Shown here one piece after another: positions 36,507-51,824 of a stretch of 64,000 nucleotides of DNA. Source of the DNA: Eledone cirrhosa (taxonomy: Eukaryota). The notes beneath the pieces were generated by a model. The model saw nothing but the letters and a program-made list of their open reading frames with translations. It had not been told where the DNA came from and searched no databases. Each line of letters starts with the position of its first letter. Within the stretch, counting starts at the first letter, position 1. The translations under genes were made by a program, and so were the position numbers. Location of the stretch: contig OZ024757.1 in NCBI GenBank assembly GCA_964016885.1, positions 33,356,001 through 33,420,000 of the forward strand, written 5' to 3'.

Positions 36507-38159
36507 TGTCTCAGCAGCTAACAACTGACGCAGGCAGTTTGTTCTATGCTTCGGCAACTCTGAGCGTAAAAAAATGTTTACGAAAGTCATGGGAGCTGCG
36601 CTGTTTTCTGATTTTGTAGGCATGTCCACGTGTGTTAGACACATGGAGATCAAAAAGGTGCTCAGGGTTGTTGTTGGCGAGATGGTTAATAATTTTGTGG
36701 GTATTCACCAAGTCCATTGCCAGACGTCGGAGCTTCAATGAATCCATGCCCAGGGAAGCAAGGCGTTCAGAGTATGGTAGGTGTCTGATGGAGGGTATGC
36801 GCTTGGTTGCACGTCTCTGAACAGTTTCCAGGAGGTCAATGTTCTGAGCAAGATAGGGGTTCCAGACTGATGATGCGAATTCCAAGTGTGGTCGTACCAT
36901 AGCTGTATACATTTTTAAATAGATGGCTGGAGAGCGGCTAACAAAGGTCTTGCTGAGTGATGCCAAGACACCCTCGGCTTTCTTGACAATCTTAGAGACA
37001 TGCTTTGTCCAACGCAAATCGCTGCTGACAGTAATGCCCAGGTCACGTTCACAAGAGGACTTCTTGATATCAGTGTTGTGGAGGGAGTATGTGGACGCTG
37101 GATTTTTCCTCCCAAAATGCATGGTGGTACACTTGTCCACAGCCAGCTTCAGTTGACAGTCTGTGATCCATTGCTGCATTGTGTCCAGGTCTGATTGTAG
37201 GAAAGAGTTGTAGATTTCAGGATCACTCCTTTTGATTTCAAGGTACAGCTTGATGTCATCTGCATATTTCAGTACCGTGGCATTCTGTAAGTTGGCATCT
37301 CTGTCATTAATATATGCCACAAAGAAAAGGGGACCAAGAACAGATCCCTGTGGTACACCAGATGACATTTCATATGGTGAAGAATGCTGTGCTAGAACCG
37401 TGACTACCTCTTTTCGGCTGAGAATGAAGGATTTCAACCAGCCGAAAAGATCATCCCTCACACCCATTGCAGAGAGTTTTGCCATAAGTCTTTTGTGTGG
37501 CACAGAATTAAAAACCTTAGCAAATCAAGGTAAACAACATTCACCCATGAGCCGCTGTCAGTGATCCGGGTGATGTCTTCAAGGAACTCGATAAGCTGAT
37601 CACAGCAGCTGGAGTTAGGGATACATCCAAACTGTGAGGGCCGGATGAGGCTGTGAGAGCTCCAGAAGTTCCAAAGTGTTTCTCTGACACAGGATTCCAT
37701 CAGTTTGGCCATACAGCTAGTAAGACTGACTGGACGATAGTTGACAGGTGACATGCGGTTGCCCTTTTTGAACAGGGGAATGACACTGGCAGTTTTCCAC
37801 GGCTCCGGAGTAGCACCATTGTTGAGACAGTATTGAAAGAAGAAAGAAAGCTGGTGCAAAAGGAAATACCCGCCACGTTTGAGAAGCAGGTATGTAACAC
37901 CATCAAGACCAGGGGAGGCATAGTTGCGCTTATTCTTAAGGTGACGTCGCAACATTGCAGGTGTAAATTCCATAGTTGTTATGGAATTTGATGTTAGAGA
38001 TGGTGGAGATGGTAGATTCTGGTTTTCAAGAGTAAAAATACTTGCATAGCACTCAGCAATGAGTTCTGCGCATTCTTTGGGATCGTCAGTGATCTGGCTT
38101 GTGTGGGGATTGCGAAGAGGACCAACGGGATGGAGAGTGAGGTCTCTGATTTGAATGAA
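36507..38159 (-). pseudogene. LINE RT copy 4 (single frameshift at YLD)
   Basis: ORFs 37458..38162 and 36544..37503. Confidence 0.9.
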
Positions 38160-39240
38160 CATATATGTATATATATAGATAATATATAAACATGATAGAT
38201 AATTATGGGTACATATATAGATGTGTGTGTGTGTGTGTAAAAGGTAAACAGAAATAACAACACAATCGGTACAGTATATGGAAGGAATACATTAATTTAA
38301 CATATATATATACACACAAACACATAATTCAGTCATAGTGCCGTTTATACTTTTCAAGAAAAGATTGATATTTAAAAAAAAAGAATCTTTAGATTAATTT
38401 ATCGAATTATTGAGAAAAGTTTTACACTTTCTTTTATTGATCATTAGCAATGTTTAGAGATAAATTTTATTCATAGTTGTATAAATAACGTTACAAATTG
38501 TTGATAATTCTTACAGAATGAAAGTATAAATACAATTAATTATTGCTAGGAACCTTATAAATATAATATACAAAAATATATAAACAAGGCGAGTGAAAAA
38601 GAAAACGAAAAACAAGGATTCTAAGAAAAGAGAGGAAGATAGGCAATACTTCATACAATTTGGGGTCGAAGGGGAAATAACCCAAGTGACAGCATAGCCT
38701 TGTGTGTGCAATGCTGTCACTTGGGTTATTTCCCTTGGAACACAAATTGTATGAAGTATTGCCTATCTTCCTCTCTTTTCTTAGAATCCTTGTTTTTCGT
38801 TTTCTTTTTCACTCGCTTTGTTTATTTATTTTTGTATATTATATTTATAAGGTTCCTAGCAATAATTAATTGTATTTATACTTTCATTCTATAAGAATTA
38901 TCAACAATTTGTAACGTTATTTATACAACTATGAATAAAATTTATCTCTAAACATTGCTAATGATCAATAAAAGAAAGTGTAAAACATTTCTCAATAATT
39001 CGATAAATTAATCTAAAGATTCGATTTTTTTAAAATATCAATCTTTTCTCGAAAAGTATAAACGGCACTATGACTGCATTATGTGTTTGTGTGTATATAT
39101 ATATGTTAAACTAATGTATTCCTTCCATATACTGTACCGATTGTGTTGTTATTTCTGTTTACATTTTACGCGCACACACGCACACATATCTATATATATA
39201 CCCATAATTATCTAATATGTTTATATATTATCTATATATG
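38160..39240. repeat. Palindrome, centre ~38703
   Basis: Same arms, with a divergent patch ggggtcgaagggg in the left arm. Confidence 0.93.
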
Positions 39241-40468
39241 TCGTATATATATATATATATTTATATACAAGAAGAAGAAGAAGAGATACTGAACTACATT
39301 ATTTAGTGAGTTTCCATATATTTAGGATAGTAGGGTGTCCTTTGTAGGACATTGAGGGATATTTGACTCTTATTTCTAGCTGGTTGGGTGACCATTTAGA
39401 GGCTCAATCGGTGGCTCCTTTTTGTTATTAAGATGTTGGTGTTGTTTAGCCCTAGGTCTGGTTCAGCTCCGGCAGACCTTGGAGCAGAAGCCTTCTATAC
39501 CCCGACCACCTTAATCTTTTTTTTTTTGCAGGCACTCAACTAGATTATTCAATGAGTTCTTCCTTTATTTAAGATGGTAGAGTTTGGTTTGAAGGATATT
39601 TGACTATTATTTCTAGCGAAGTAGATGACCATGAAGAGACAGTCCCTGTTATATCAAACACAGTAATGTCTATGTTTTATTAAACACTGAATTCTTTAAG
39701 AATTACTCAGCAAAATAGGAAGTCATGACTCCCTCCATTTGATGAATATAGGAAATAGTTTATATCAATATCAAATGATTAAAAAGTTTTCTTCGCAATC
39801 ACCAGTTCAACATCTCACTCCATGTCTTCATGAGCAAGTGACTTTACCATAGGCCCAGGATAGCCAAAGCTTTGGAGTGAAATTGGATAGCCAGAAATTG
39901 TTTGGAAGCCTGATGGATTCATTGCATCTGTAATTCAAAGGGTCAGGTCTGTCCATTGCCAGATTTACCATTGTGCTGAGGTGTGCTTAAGCACAGGGCT
40001 CTGTTGGCCAAGGTGGGTGGGTGGTGTAATCTTTCTGCGCCATTTTTTACCTCCTTCCGGGTCCAAATAAGGGGCCTCACAATTTAACTAGCAGAGGACT
40101 TCATCTGTCTAAAATTCAGCACTGTATACCATAGGCCCAGGATGGCCAAAACTTTGGAGTGAAATTGAGTAGACAGAAACTGGTTGAAAGCCTATTGGTT
40201 TCATTGCATCTGCAATTCAAATAGCTGGACTTGTGTGAATGTGAGAAATAAATTGTTTGGATAAAATGTCGTTGCAGTACTTGTTGTTCTTTACATTTTA
40301 AAGTGAAATTCTACTAAGGTCGACCTTGCCTTTCATCCTTTCTGGGTTGATAGAATAAAGTAGCAGTCTAATAGTGGGGTCGATTCTTTCTCTATATCTC
40401 TTTCTCAGAGAGATGGAGAGAGAGAGAGAGACATACAGAAGGAGAGAAGAGAGACACACATACAGAAG

Positions 40469-40513
<45 letters not shown>

Positions 40514-40574
40514 AGACACACATACAGAAGGAGAGAAAAGAGATAAAGAGAAGAGAGATAGAAAGACACACAAC

Positions 40575-40656
<82 letters not shown>

Positions 40657-41921
40657 CCAAGTACTGGACTGGTTTTGGTATTTTATTTATCGACCCCGAA
40701 ATGAAGAAAGACAAAGTTGACTACAGTGGGGTGGGATTTGAACTCAGCGCAATAAGCTGGAATAAAAAATGAGTCATTTTAAATTTGACACCATGAGGAC
40801 TCTGTTAATTTGCCACATTCAGGCTTTAATAAAATGCAGCCGAGAGAGGGTGAAGAAGAAGCAGATAAAGAAAATCTTGGTCTGACAGCATCAAAGACTG
40901 AACTGGTCATATCACCAAGACCCTTCTATGTCTGATGAGGAACAGAGACCAGAGGTGACAACTGACTGCGGGAGTGGCTAGAGTGACACCTTAAAGATTG
41001 GTTGCAACAGTTGTGGATACATGATGGTGATGATAGTATGGTATAGTGTAGCTTAACATAGTATAGTATAGTATAGTTTATTATAGTATAGTATAGTATA
41101 GTATAGTTTATTATAGTATAGTTTATTAGAGTATAGTTTAGTAGAGTTTAGTTTAATTTAGTATATTATAGTATTGTTTAGTATAGTATAGTTTAGTATA
41201 GTTTATTATAGTATAGTTTAGTATAGTATAGTATAGTTAAGTATAGTATGGTATAGTATAGTTTAATATAGTATAGTTTAGTATAATATAGTATAGTTTA
41301 GTTAAGTATAATATAGTTTAGTATAGTATAGTTTACTATAGTAAAGTATAGTATAGTATAGTATAGTATAGTTTAGTATAGTATAGTTTAGTATGATATA
41401 GTAAAGTATAGTATAGTAAAGTATTAATTTTTTTACACCCATACATAGATTAGCATGGGGTGAGGGTGCAAGGGGGTAGAAGCTATATTTGTGTGTTTGT
41501 GTGTGTGCGTGAGGGAGGGGGACACCCACCATCATCTTGTACTAACATGGCCTTGACTATGTCACACACACACAGACACATATATATATATATATACAAA
41601 GTATATTCCTTCCATATACTGTACCGATTGTGTTGTTATTTCTGTTTACCTTTTACATATACAGACATATATATATATACACATATATGTATACACACAT
41701 AAACACACACATATATATATACACACCACACCACACATATATATATAATATATATATACACACTCAAATAAACATACATACATATATAAATATATATGTC
41801 CTACCCTTGCAAACAGGGAAAAGCGGATGTAAAATGATGATGATGATGATATATATATATACACCACAACACACATATATATATAATATATATATACACT
41901 CATAAATACACATACATACAC

Positions 41922-41963
<42 letters not shown>

Positions 41964-42293
41964 TTTCATTTTATGTCCGCTTTTCCCTGCTTGCAAGGGT
42001 GGGACGGGAACTGATTCTGGCTAGATTTCTATAGCTGGATGCCCTTCCTAACACCAACCTCATTTACAGTGATTGCAGGGTTCTTTTTTTCCGTGGCACC
42101 TCCACGTCCACTTTGCAGTGTGGGCTGTGTGCTTTTTTGCTGTGGCACCTCCACGACCACTTTGGAGTGGAATGATAGGGACCTCAGTCCCTATCATCTC
42201 ATTTCTACAGCTGAGTAAACTATATATATATATATATATATATAATATAAAATCAAAAGATGGTTAAAAGAGTTCCAAGTATTTTATTATGTG

Positions 42294-43945
42294 TGTCTCG
42301 GCAGCTAACAACTGACGCAGGCAGTTTGTTCTATGCTTCGGCAACTCTGAGCGTGAAAAAATGTTTACGAAAGTCATGGGAGCTGCGCTGTTTTCTGATT
42401 TTGTAGGCATGTCCACGTGTGTTAGACACATGGAGATCAAAAAGGTGCTCAGGGTTGTTGTTGGCGAGATGGTTAATAATTTTGTGGGTATTCACCAAGT
42501 CCATTGCCAGACGTCGGAGCTTCAATGAATCCATGCCCAGGGAAGCAAGGCGTTCAGAGTATGGTAGGTGTCTGATGGAGGGTATGCGCTTGGTTGCACG
42601 TCTCTGAACAGTTTCCAGGAGGTCAATGTTCTGAGCAAGATAGGGGTTCCAGACTGATGATGCAAATTCCAAGTGTGGTCGTACCATAGCTGTATACATT
42701 TTTAAATAGATGGCTGGAGAGCGGCTAACAAAGGTCTTGCTGAGTGATGCCAAGACACCCTCGGCTTTCTTGACAATCTTAGAGACATGCTTTGTCCAAC
42801 GCAAATCGCTGCTGACAGTATGCCCAGGTCACGTTCACAAGAGGACTTCTTGATATCAGTGTTGTGGAGGGAGTATGTGGACGCTGGATTTTTCCTCCCA
42901 AAATGCATGGTGGTACACTTGTCCACAGCCAGCTTCAGTTGACAGTCTGTGATCCATTGCTGCATTGTGTCCAGGTCTGATTGTAGGAAAGAGTTGTAGA
43001 TTTCAGGATTAGTCCTTTTGATTTCAAGGTACAGCTTGATGTCATCTGCATATTTCAGTACCGTGGCATTCTGTAAGTTGGCATCTCTGTCATTAATATA
43101 TGCCACAAAGAAAAGGGGACCAAGAACAGATCCCTGTGGTACACCAGATGACATTTCATATGGTGAAGAATACTGTGCTAGAACCGTGACTACCTCTTTT
43201 CGGCTGAGAATGAAGGATTTCAACCAGTCGAAAAGATCATCCCTCACACCCATTGCAGAGAGTTTTGCCATAAGTCTTTTGTGTGGCACAGAATTAAAAA
43301 CCTTATCAAATCAAGGTAAACAACATTCACCCATGAGCCGCTGTCAGTGATCCGGGTGATGTCTTCAAGGAACTCGATAAGCTGATCACAGCAGCTGGAG
43401 TTAGGGATAAATCCAAACTGTGAGGGCCGGATGAGGCTGTGAGAGCTCCAGAAATTCTAAAGTGTTTCTCTGACACAGGATTCCATCAGTTTGGCCATAC
43501 AGCTAGTAAGACTGACTGGACGATAGTTGACAGGTGACATGCGGTTGCCCTTTTTGAACAGGGGAATGACACTGGCAGTTTTCCACGGCTCCGGAGTAGC
43601 ACCATTGTTGAGACAGTATTGAAAGAAGAAAGAAAGCTAGTGCAAAAGGAAATACCCGCCACGTTTGAGAAGCAGGTATGTAACACCATCAAGACTAGGG
43701 GAGGCATAGTTGCGCTTATTCTTAAGGTGACGTCGCAACATTGCAGGTGTAATTTCCATAGTTATTATGGAATTTGATGTTAGAGATGGTGGAGATGGTA
43801 GATTCTGGTTTTCAAGAGTAAAAATACTTGCATAGCAATCAGCAATGAGTTCTGCGCCTTCTTTGGGATCGTCAGTGATCTGGCTTGTGTGGGGATTGCG
43901 AAGAGGACCAACGGGATGGAGAGTGAGGTCTCTGATTTGAATGAA
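42294..43945 (-). pseudogene. LINE RT copy 5 (stops and frameshifts)
   Basis: ORFs 42331..42804, 42702..43289 and 43637..44041. Confidence 0.9.
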
Positions 43946-45027
43946 CATATATGTATATATATAGATAATATATAAACATGATAGATAATTATGGGTACAT
44001 ATATAGATGTGTGTGTAAAAGGTAAACAGAAATAACAACACGATCGGTACAGTATATGGAAGAAATACATTAGTTTAACATATATATATACACACAAACA
44101 CATAATGCAGTCATAGTGCCGTTAATACTTTTCAAGAAAAGATTGATATTTAAAAAAAATCGAATCTTTAGATTAATTTATCGAATTATTGAGAAAAGTT
44201 TTACACTTTCTTTTATTGATCATTAGCAATGTTTAGAGATAAATTTTATTCATAGTTGTATAAATAACGTTACAAATTGTTGATAATTCTTACAGAATGA
44301 AAGTATAAATACAATTAATTATTGCTAGGAACCTTATAAATATAATATACAAAAATATATAAACAAAGCGAGTGAAAAAGAAAACGAAAAACAAGGATTC
44401 TAAGAAAAGAGAGGAAGATAGGCAATACTTCATACAATTTGTGTTCCAAGGGAAATAACCCAAGTGACAGCATTGCCTTGTGTGTGCAATGCTGTCACTT
44501 GGGTTACTTCCCTTGGCACAAATTATATGAAGTATTGCCTATCTTCCTCTCTTTTCTTAGAATCCTTGTTTTTCCTTTTCTTTTTCACTCGCTTTGTTTA
44601 TATATTTTTGTATATTATATTTATAAGGTTCCTAGCAATAATTAATCGTATTTATACTTTCATTCTGTAAGAATTATCAACAATTTGTAACGTTATTTAT
44701 ACAACTATGAATAAAACGTATCTCTAAACATTGCTAATGAAAAATAAAAGAAAGTGTAAAACATTTCTCAATAATTCGATAAATTAATCTAAAGATTCGA
44801 TTTTTTAAAAATATCAATCTTTTCGCGAAAAGTATAAACGGCACTATGACTGCATTATGTGTTTGTGTGTATATATATATGTTAAACTAATGTATTCCTT
44901 CCATATACTGTACCGATTGTGTTGTTATTTCTGTTTACATTTTACGCACACACACACATACACACACATCTATATATCTATATATATACCCATAATTATC
45001 TATCATGTTTATATATTATCTATATAT

Positions 45028-45030
<3 letters not shown>
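43946..45030. repeat. Palindrome, centre ~44481
   Basis: Same arms and spacer as unit 1. Confidence 0.93.
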
Positions 45031-45074
<44 letters not shown>

Positions 45075-46423
45075 TATATATAAGAAGAAGAAGAAGAGAT
45101 ACTGAACTACATTATTTAGTGAGTTTCCATATATTTAGGATAGTAGGGTGTCCTTTGTAGGACATTGCGGGATATTTGACTCTTATTTCTAGCTGGTTGG
45201 GTGACCATTTACAGGCTCAATCGGTGGCTCCTTTTTGTTATCAAGATGTTGGTGTTGTTTAGCCCTAGGTCTGGCTAGGCTCCGACAGACCTTGGAGCAG
45301 AAGCCTTCTATGCCTGAACACCTTAGTCTTTTTTTTTTTTTGCAGGCACTCAACTAGATTATTCAATGAGTTCTTCCTTTATTTAAGATGGTAGAGTTTG
45401 GTTTGAAGGAAATTTGACTATTATTTCTAGCGAAGTAGATGACCATGAACAGACAGTCCCTGTTATATCAAACACAGTAATGTCTATGTTTTATTAAACA
45501 CTGAATTCTTTATGAATTACTCAGCAAAATAGGAAGTCATGACTCCCTCCATTTGATGAATATAGGAAATAGTTTATATCAATATCAAATGATTAAAAAG
45601 TTTTCTTCGCAATCACCAGTTCAACCTCTCACTCCATGTCATCATGAGCAAGTGACTTTACCATAGGCCCAGGATGGCCAAAGCTTTGGAGTGAAATTGG
45701 ATAGCCAGAAACTGTTTGGAAGCCTGATGGATTCATTGCATCTGTAATTCAAAGGGTCAGGTCTGTCCATTGCCAGATTTACCATTGTGCTGAGGTGTGC
45801 TTAAGCACAGGGCTCCGTTGGCCAAGGTGGGTGGGTGGTGTAATCTTTCTGCCCCATCTTTTACCTCCTTCCGGGTCCAAGTAAGGGGCCTCATAATTTA
45901 ACTAGCATAGGACTTCATTTGTCCAAAATTCAGCACTGTATACCATAGGCCCAGGATGGCCAAAACTTTGGAGTGAAATTGAGTAGACAGAAACTGGTTG
46001 AAAGCCTATTGGTTTCATTGCATCTGCAATTCAAATAGCTGGACTTGTGTGAATGTGAGAAATAAATTGTTTGGATAAAATGTCATTGCAGTACTTTTTG
46101 TTCTTTACATTTTAAAGTGAAATTCTACTAAGGTCGACCTTGCCTTTCATCCTTTCCGGGTTGATAGAATAAAGTAGCAGTCTAATAGTGGGGTCGATTC
46201 TTTCTCTATATCTCTGTCTCTCTGAGAGAGAGAGAGACATACAGAAGGAGAGAAAAGAGAGAGAGAGAGAGAGAAGAGAGACACACATACAGAAGGAGAG
46301 AAGAGAGAGAGAGAGAGAGAAGCGAGACACACATACAGAAGGAGAGAAAAGAGATAGAGAGAAGAGACAGAGAGTAAGAACAGAGATAGAAAGACACACA
46401 GCGATAGAGAGAGAGAAAGCGAT

Positions 46424-46454
<31 letters not shown>

Positions 46455-47534
46455 GAGAGAACCCAAGTACTGGACTGGTTTTGGTATTTTATTTATCGAC
46501 CCCCAAATGAAGAAAGACAAAGTTGACTACAGTGAGGTGGGATTTGAACTCAGCGCAATAAGCTGGAATAAAAAATGAGTCATTTTAAATTTGACACCAT
46601 GAGGACTCTGTTAATTTGCCACATTCAGGCTTTAATAAAATGCAGCCGAGAGAGGGTGAAGAAGAAGCAGATAAAGAAAATCTTGGTCTGACAGCATCAA
46701 AGACTGAACTGGTCATATCACCAAGACCCTTCTATGTCTGATGAGGAACAGAGACCAGAGGTGACAACTGACTGCGGGAGTGGCCAGAGAGACACCCTAA
46801 AGATTGGTTGCAACAGTTGTGGATACATGATGGTGATGATAGTATGGTATAGTGTAGCTTAAGATAGTATAGTATAGTATAGTTTATTATAGTATTGTTT
46901 AGTATAGTATAGTTTATTATAGTATAGTTTATTAGAGTATAGTTTAGTAGAGTTTAGTTTAATTTAGTTTATTATAGTATTGTTTAGTATAGTATAGTTT
47001 AGTATAGTTTATTATAGTATAGTTTAGTATAGTATGGTATAGTATAGTTTAATATAGTATAGTTTAGTATAATATAGTATAGTTTAGTTAAGTATAATAT
47101 AGTTTAGTAAAGTATAGTTTACTATAGTAAAGTATAGTATAGTATAGTTTAGTATAGTATAGTTTAGTATGATATAGTAAAGTATAGTATAGTAAAGTAT
47201 TTATTTTTTTACACACATACATAGATTAGCATGGGGTGAGGGTGCAAGGGGGGTAGAGGCTATATTTGTGTGTTTGTGTGTTTGGGGTGGGTGGGGGGCA
47301 CCCACCATCATCTTGTACTAAGATGGTCTTGACTATGTCATGCACACATATATATATATATAAATATATGTATACCTATATCTATATCTGTACATACACA
47401 CAGACACATACATACATACACAAATACACACACACACACGTACATATATATATAGAAAAAGATATATAGCAACAATAAAAATACGTAACTGTATTTTGAA
47501 TGTAGAGAGCTATATAAAAGTATATAATTGCCAT

Positions 47535-47577
<43 letters not shown>

Positions 47578-48169
47578 CAAAGTATATTCCTTCCATATAC
47601 TGTACCGATCGTGTTGTTATTTCTGTTTACCTTTTACATATACACACACAGACATATATATATATATATACACATATATGTATACACACACAAACACACA
47701 TATATATATAATATATATATACACTCTCAAATAAACATACATACATATATAAATATATATGTCCTACCCTTGCAAACAGGGAAAAGCGAATGTAAAATGA
47801 TGATGATGATGATGATATATATATATACACCACAACACACATATATATATAATATATATATACACTCTTAAATACACATACATACACATATACAGATATA
47901 TATATATATATATCATTTCATTTTATGTCCGCTTTTCCCTGCTTGCAAGGGTGGGACGGGAACTGATTCTGGCTAGATTTCTATAGCTGGATGCCCTTCC
48001 TAACACCAACCTCATTTACAGTGATTGCTGGGTTCTTTTTTTCCGTGGCACCTCCACGTCCACTTTGCAGTGTGGGCTGGGTGCTTTTTTGCTGTGGCAC
48101 CTCCACGACCACTTTGGAGTGGAATGATAGGGACCTCAATCCCTATCATCTCATTTCTACAGCTGAGTA

Positions 48170-48213
<44 letters not shown>

Positions 48214-48257
48214 AAATCAAAAGATGGTTAAAAGAGTTCCAAGTATTTTATTATGTG

Positions 48258-49329
48258 TGTCTCAGCAGCTAACAACTGACGCAGGCAGTTTGTTCTATGC
48301 TTCGGCAACTCTGAGCGTGAAAAAATGTTTACGAAAGTCATGGGAGCTGCGCTGTTTTCTGATTTTGTAGGCATGTCCACGTGTGTTAGACACATGGAGA
48401 TCAAAAAGGTGCTCAGGGTTGTTGTTGGCGAGATGGTTAATAATTTTGTGGGTATTCACCAAGTCCATTGCCAGACGTCGGAGCTTCAATGAATCCATGC
48501 CCAGGGAAGCAAGGCGTTCAGAGTATGGTAGGTGTCTGATGGAGGGTATGCGCTTGGTTGCACGTCTCTGAACAGTTTCCAGGAGGTCAATGTTCTGAGC
48601 AAGATAGGGGTTCCAGACTGATGATGCGAATTCCAAGTGTGGTCGTACCATAGCTGTATACATTTTTAAATAGATGGCTGGAGAGCGGCTAACAAAGGTC
48701 TTGCTGAGTGATGCCAAGACACCCTCGGCTTTCTTGACAATCTTAGAGACATGCTTTGTCCAACGCAAATCGCTGCTGACAGTAATGCCCAGGTCACGTT
48801 CACAAGAGGACTTCTTGATATCAGTGTTGTGGAGGGAGTATGTGGACGCTGGATTTTTCCTCCCAAAATGCATGGTGGTACACTTGTCCACAGCCAGCTT
48901 CAGTTGACAGTCTGTGATCCATTGCTGCATTGTGTCCAGGTCTGATTGTAGGAAAGAGTTGTAGATTTCAGGATCACTCCTTTTGATTTCAAGGTACAGC
49001 TTGATGTCATCTGCATGGCATTCTGTAAGTTGGCATCTATGTCATTAATATATGCCACAAACAAAAGGGGACCAAGAACAGATCCCTGTGGTACACCAGA
49101 TGACATCTCATATGGTGAAGAATACTGTGCTAGAACCGTGACTACCTCTTTTCGGCTGAGAATGAAGGATTTCAACCAGTCAAAAAGATCATCCCTCACA
49201 CCCATTGCAGAGAGTTTTGCCATAATTCTTTTGTGTGGCACAGAATTAAAAACCTTAGCAAATCAAGGGAAACAACATTCACCCATGAGCCGCTGTCAGT
49301 GATCCGGGTGATGTCTTCAAGGAACTCGA
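48258..49329 (-). pseudogene. LINE RT copy 6 (short unit, same junction as copy 2)
   Basis: aactcga|agttttcttcgc junction and the same 13-nt deletion. Confidence 0.9.
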
Positions 49330-50140
49330 AGTTTTCTTCGCAATCACCAGTTCAACCTCTCACTCCATGTCTTCATGAGCAAGTGACTTTACCATAGGCC
49401 CAGGATGGCCAAAGCTTTGGAGTGAAATTGGATAGCCAAAAACTGTTTGGAAGTCTGATGGATTCATTGCATCTGTAATTCAAAGGGTCAGGTCTGTCCA
49501 TTGCCAGATTTACCATTGTGCTGAGGTGTGCTTAAGCACAGGGCTCCGTTGGCCAAGGTGGGTGGGTGGTGTAATCTGTCTGCCCCATCTTTTACCTCCT
49601 TCCGGGTCCAAGTAAGGGGCCTCATAATTTAACTAGCATAGGACTTCATTTGTCCAAAATTCAGCACTGTATACCATAGGCCCAGGATGGCCAAAACTTT
49701 GGAGTGAAATTGAGTAGACAGAAACTGGTTGAAAGCCTATTGGTTTCATTGCATCTGCAATTCAAGTAGCTGGACTTGTGTGAATGTGAGAAATAAATTG
49801 TTTGGATAAAATGTCATTGTAGTACTTGTTGTTCTTTACATTTTAAAGTGAAATTCTACTAAGGTCGACCTTGCCTTTCATCCTTTCTGGGTTGATAGAA
49901 TAAAGTAGCAGTCTAATAGTGGGGTCGATTCTTTCTCCATATCTCTTTCTCAGAGAGACAGAGAGAGAGAGAGAGAGACTTACAGAAGGAGAGAAAAGAG
50001 AGAGAGAGAGAGAAGAGAGACACACATACAGAAGGAGAGAAGAGAGAGAGAGAAGAGAGACACACATACAGAAGGAGAGAAAAGAGATAAAGAGAAGAGA
50101 GAGAGAGTAAGAAGAGAGATAGAAAGACACCCAACGATAG

Positions 50141-50190
<50 letters not shown>

Positions 50191-51093
50191 CCCAAGTACT
50201 GGACTGGTTTTGGTATTTTATTTATCGACCCCGAAATGAAGAAAGACAAAGTTGACTACAGTGGGGCGGGATTTGAACTCAGCGCAATAAGCTGGAATAA
50301 AAAATGAGTCATTTTAAATTTGACACCATGAGGACTCTGTCAATTTGCCACATTCAGGCTTTAATAAAATGCAGCCGAGAGAGGGTGAAGAAGAAGCAGA
50401 TAAAGAAAATCTTGGTCTGACAGCATCAAAGACTGAACTGGTCATATCACCAAGACCCTTCTATGTCTGATGAGGAACAGAGACCAGAGGTGACAACTGA
50501 CTGCGGGAGTGGCTAGAGTGACACCCTAAAGATTGGTTGCAACAGTTGTGGATACATGATGGTGATGATAGTATGGTATAGTGTAGCTTAAGATAGTATA
50601 GTATAGTATAGTTTATTATAGTATAGTATAGTATAGTATAGTTTATTATAGTATAGTTTATTAGAGTATAGTTTAGTAGAGTTTAGTTTAATTTAGTATA
50701 TTATAGTATTGTTTAGTATAGTATAGTTTAGTATAGTTTATTATAGTATAGTTTAGTATAGTATAGTATAGTTAAGTATAGTATGGTATAGTATAGTTTA
50801 ATATAGTATAGTTTAGTATAATATAGTATAGTTTAGTTAAGTATAATATAGTTTAGTATAGTATAGTTTACTATAGTAAAGTATAGTATAGTATAGTATA
50901 GTTTAGTATAGTATAGTTTAGTATGATATAGTAAAGTATAGTATAGTAAAGTATTAATTTTTTTACACCCATACATAGATTAGCATGGGGTGAGGGTGCA
51001 AGGGGGGTAGAGGCTATATTTGTGTGTTTGTGTGTGTGCGTGAGGGAGGGGGACACCCACCATCATCTTGTACTAACATGGCCTTGACTATGT

Positions 51094-51131
<38 letters not shown>

Positions 51132-51742
51132 CAAAGTATATTCCTTCCATATACTGTACCGATTGTGTTGTTATTTCTGTTTACCTTTTACATATACAGA
51201 CATATATATATATACACATATATGTATACACACATAAACACACACATATATATATACACACCACACCACACATATATATATAATATATATATACACACTC
51301 AAATAAACATACATACATATATAAATATATATGTCCTACCCTTGCAAACAGGGAAAAGCGGATGTAAAATGATGATGATGATGATATATATATATACACC
51401 ACAACACACATATATATATATAATATATATATACACTCATAAATACACATACATACACATATACATATATATATATATATATATATCATTTCATTTTATG
51501 TCCGCTTTTCCCTGCTTGCAAGGGTGGGACGGGAACTGATTCTGGCTAGATTTCTATAGCTGGATGCCCTTCCTAACACCAACCTCATTTACAGTGATTG
51601 CTGGGTTCTTTTTTTCCGTGGCACCTCCACGTCCACTTTGCAGTGTGGGCTGTGTGCTTTTTTGCTGTGGCACCTCCACGACCACTTTGGAGTGGAATGA
51701 TAGGGACCTCAGTCCCTATCATCTCATTTCTACAGCTGAGTA

Positions 51743-51780
<38 letters not shown>

Positions 51781-51824
51781 AAATCAAAAGATGGTTAAAA
51801 GAGTTCCAAGTATTTTATTATGTG

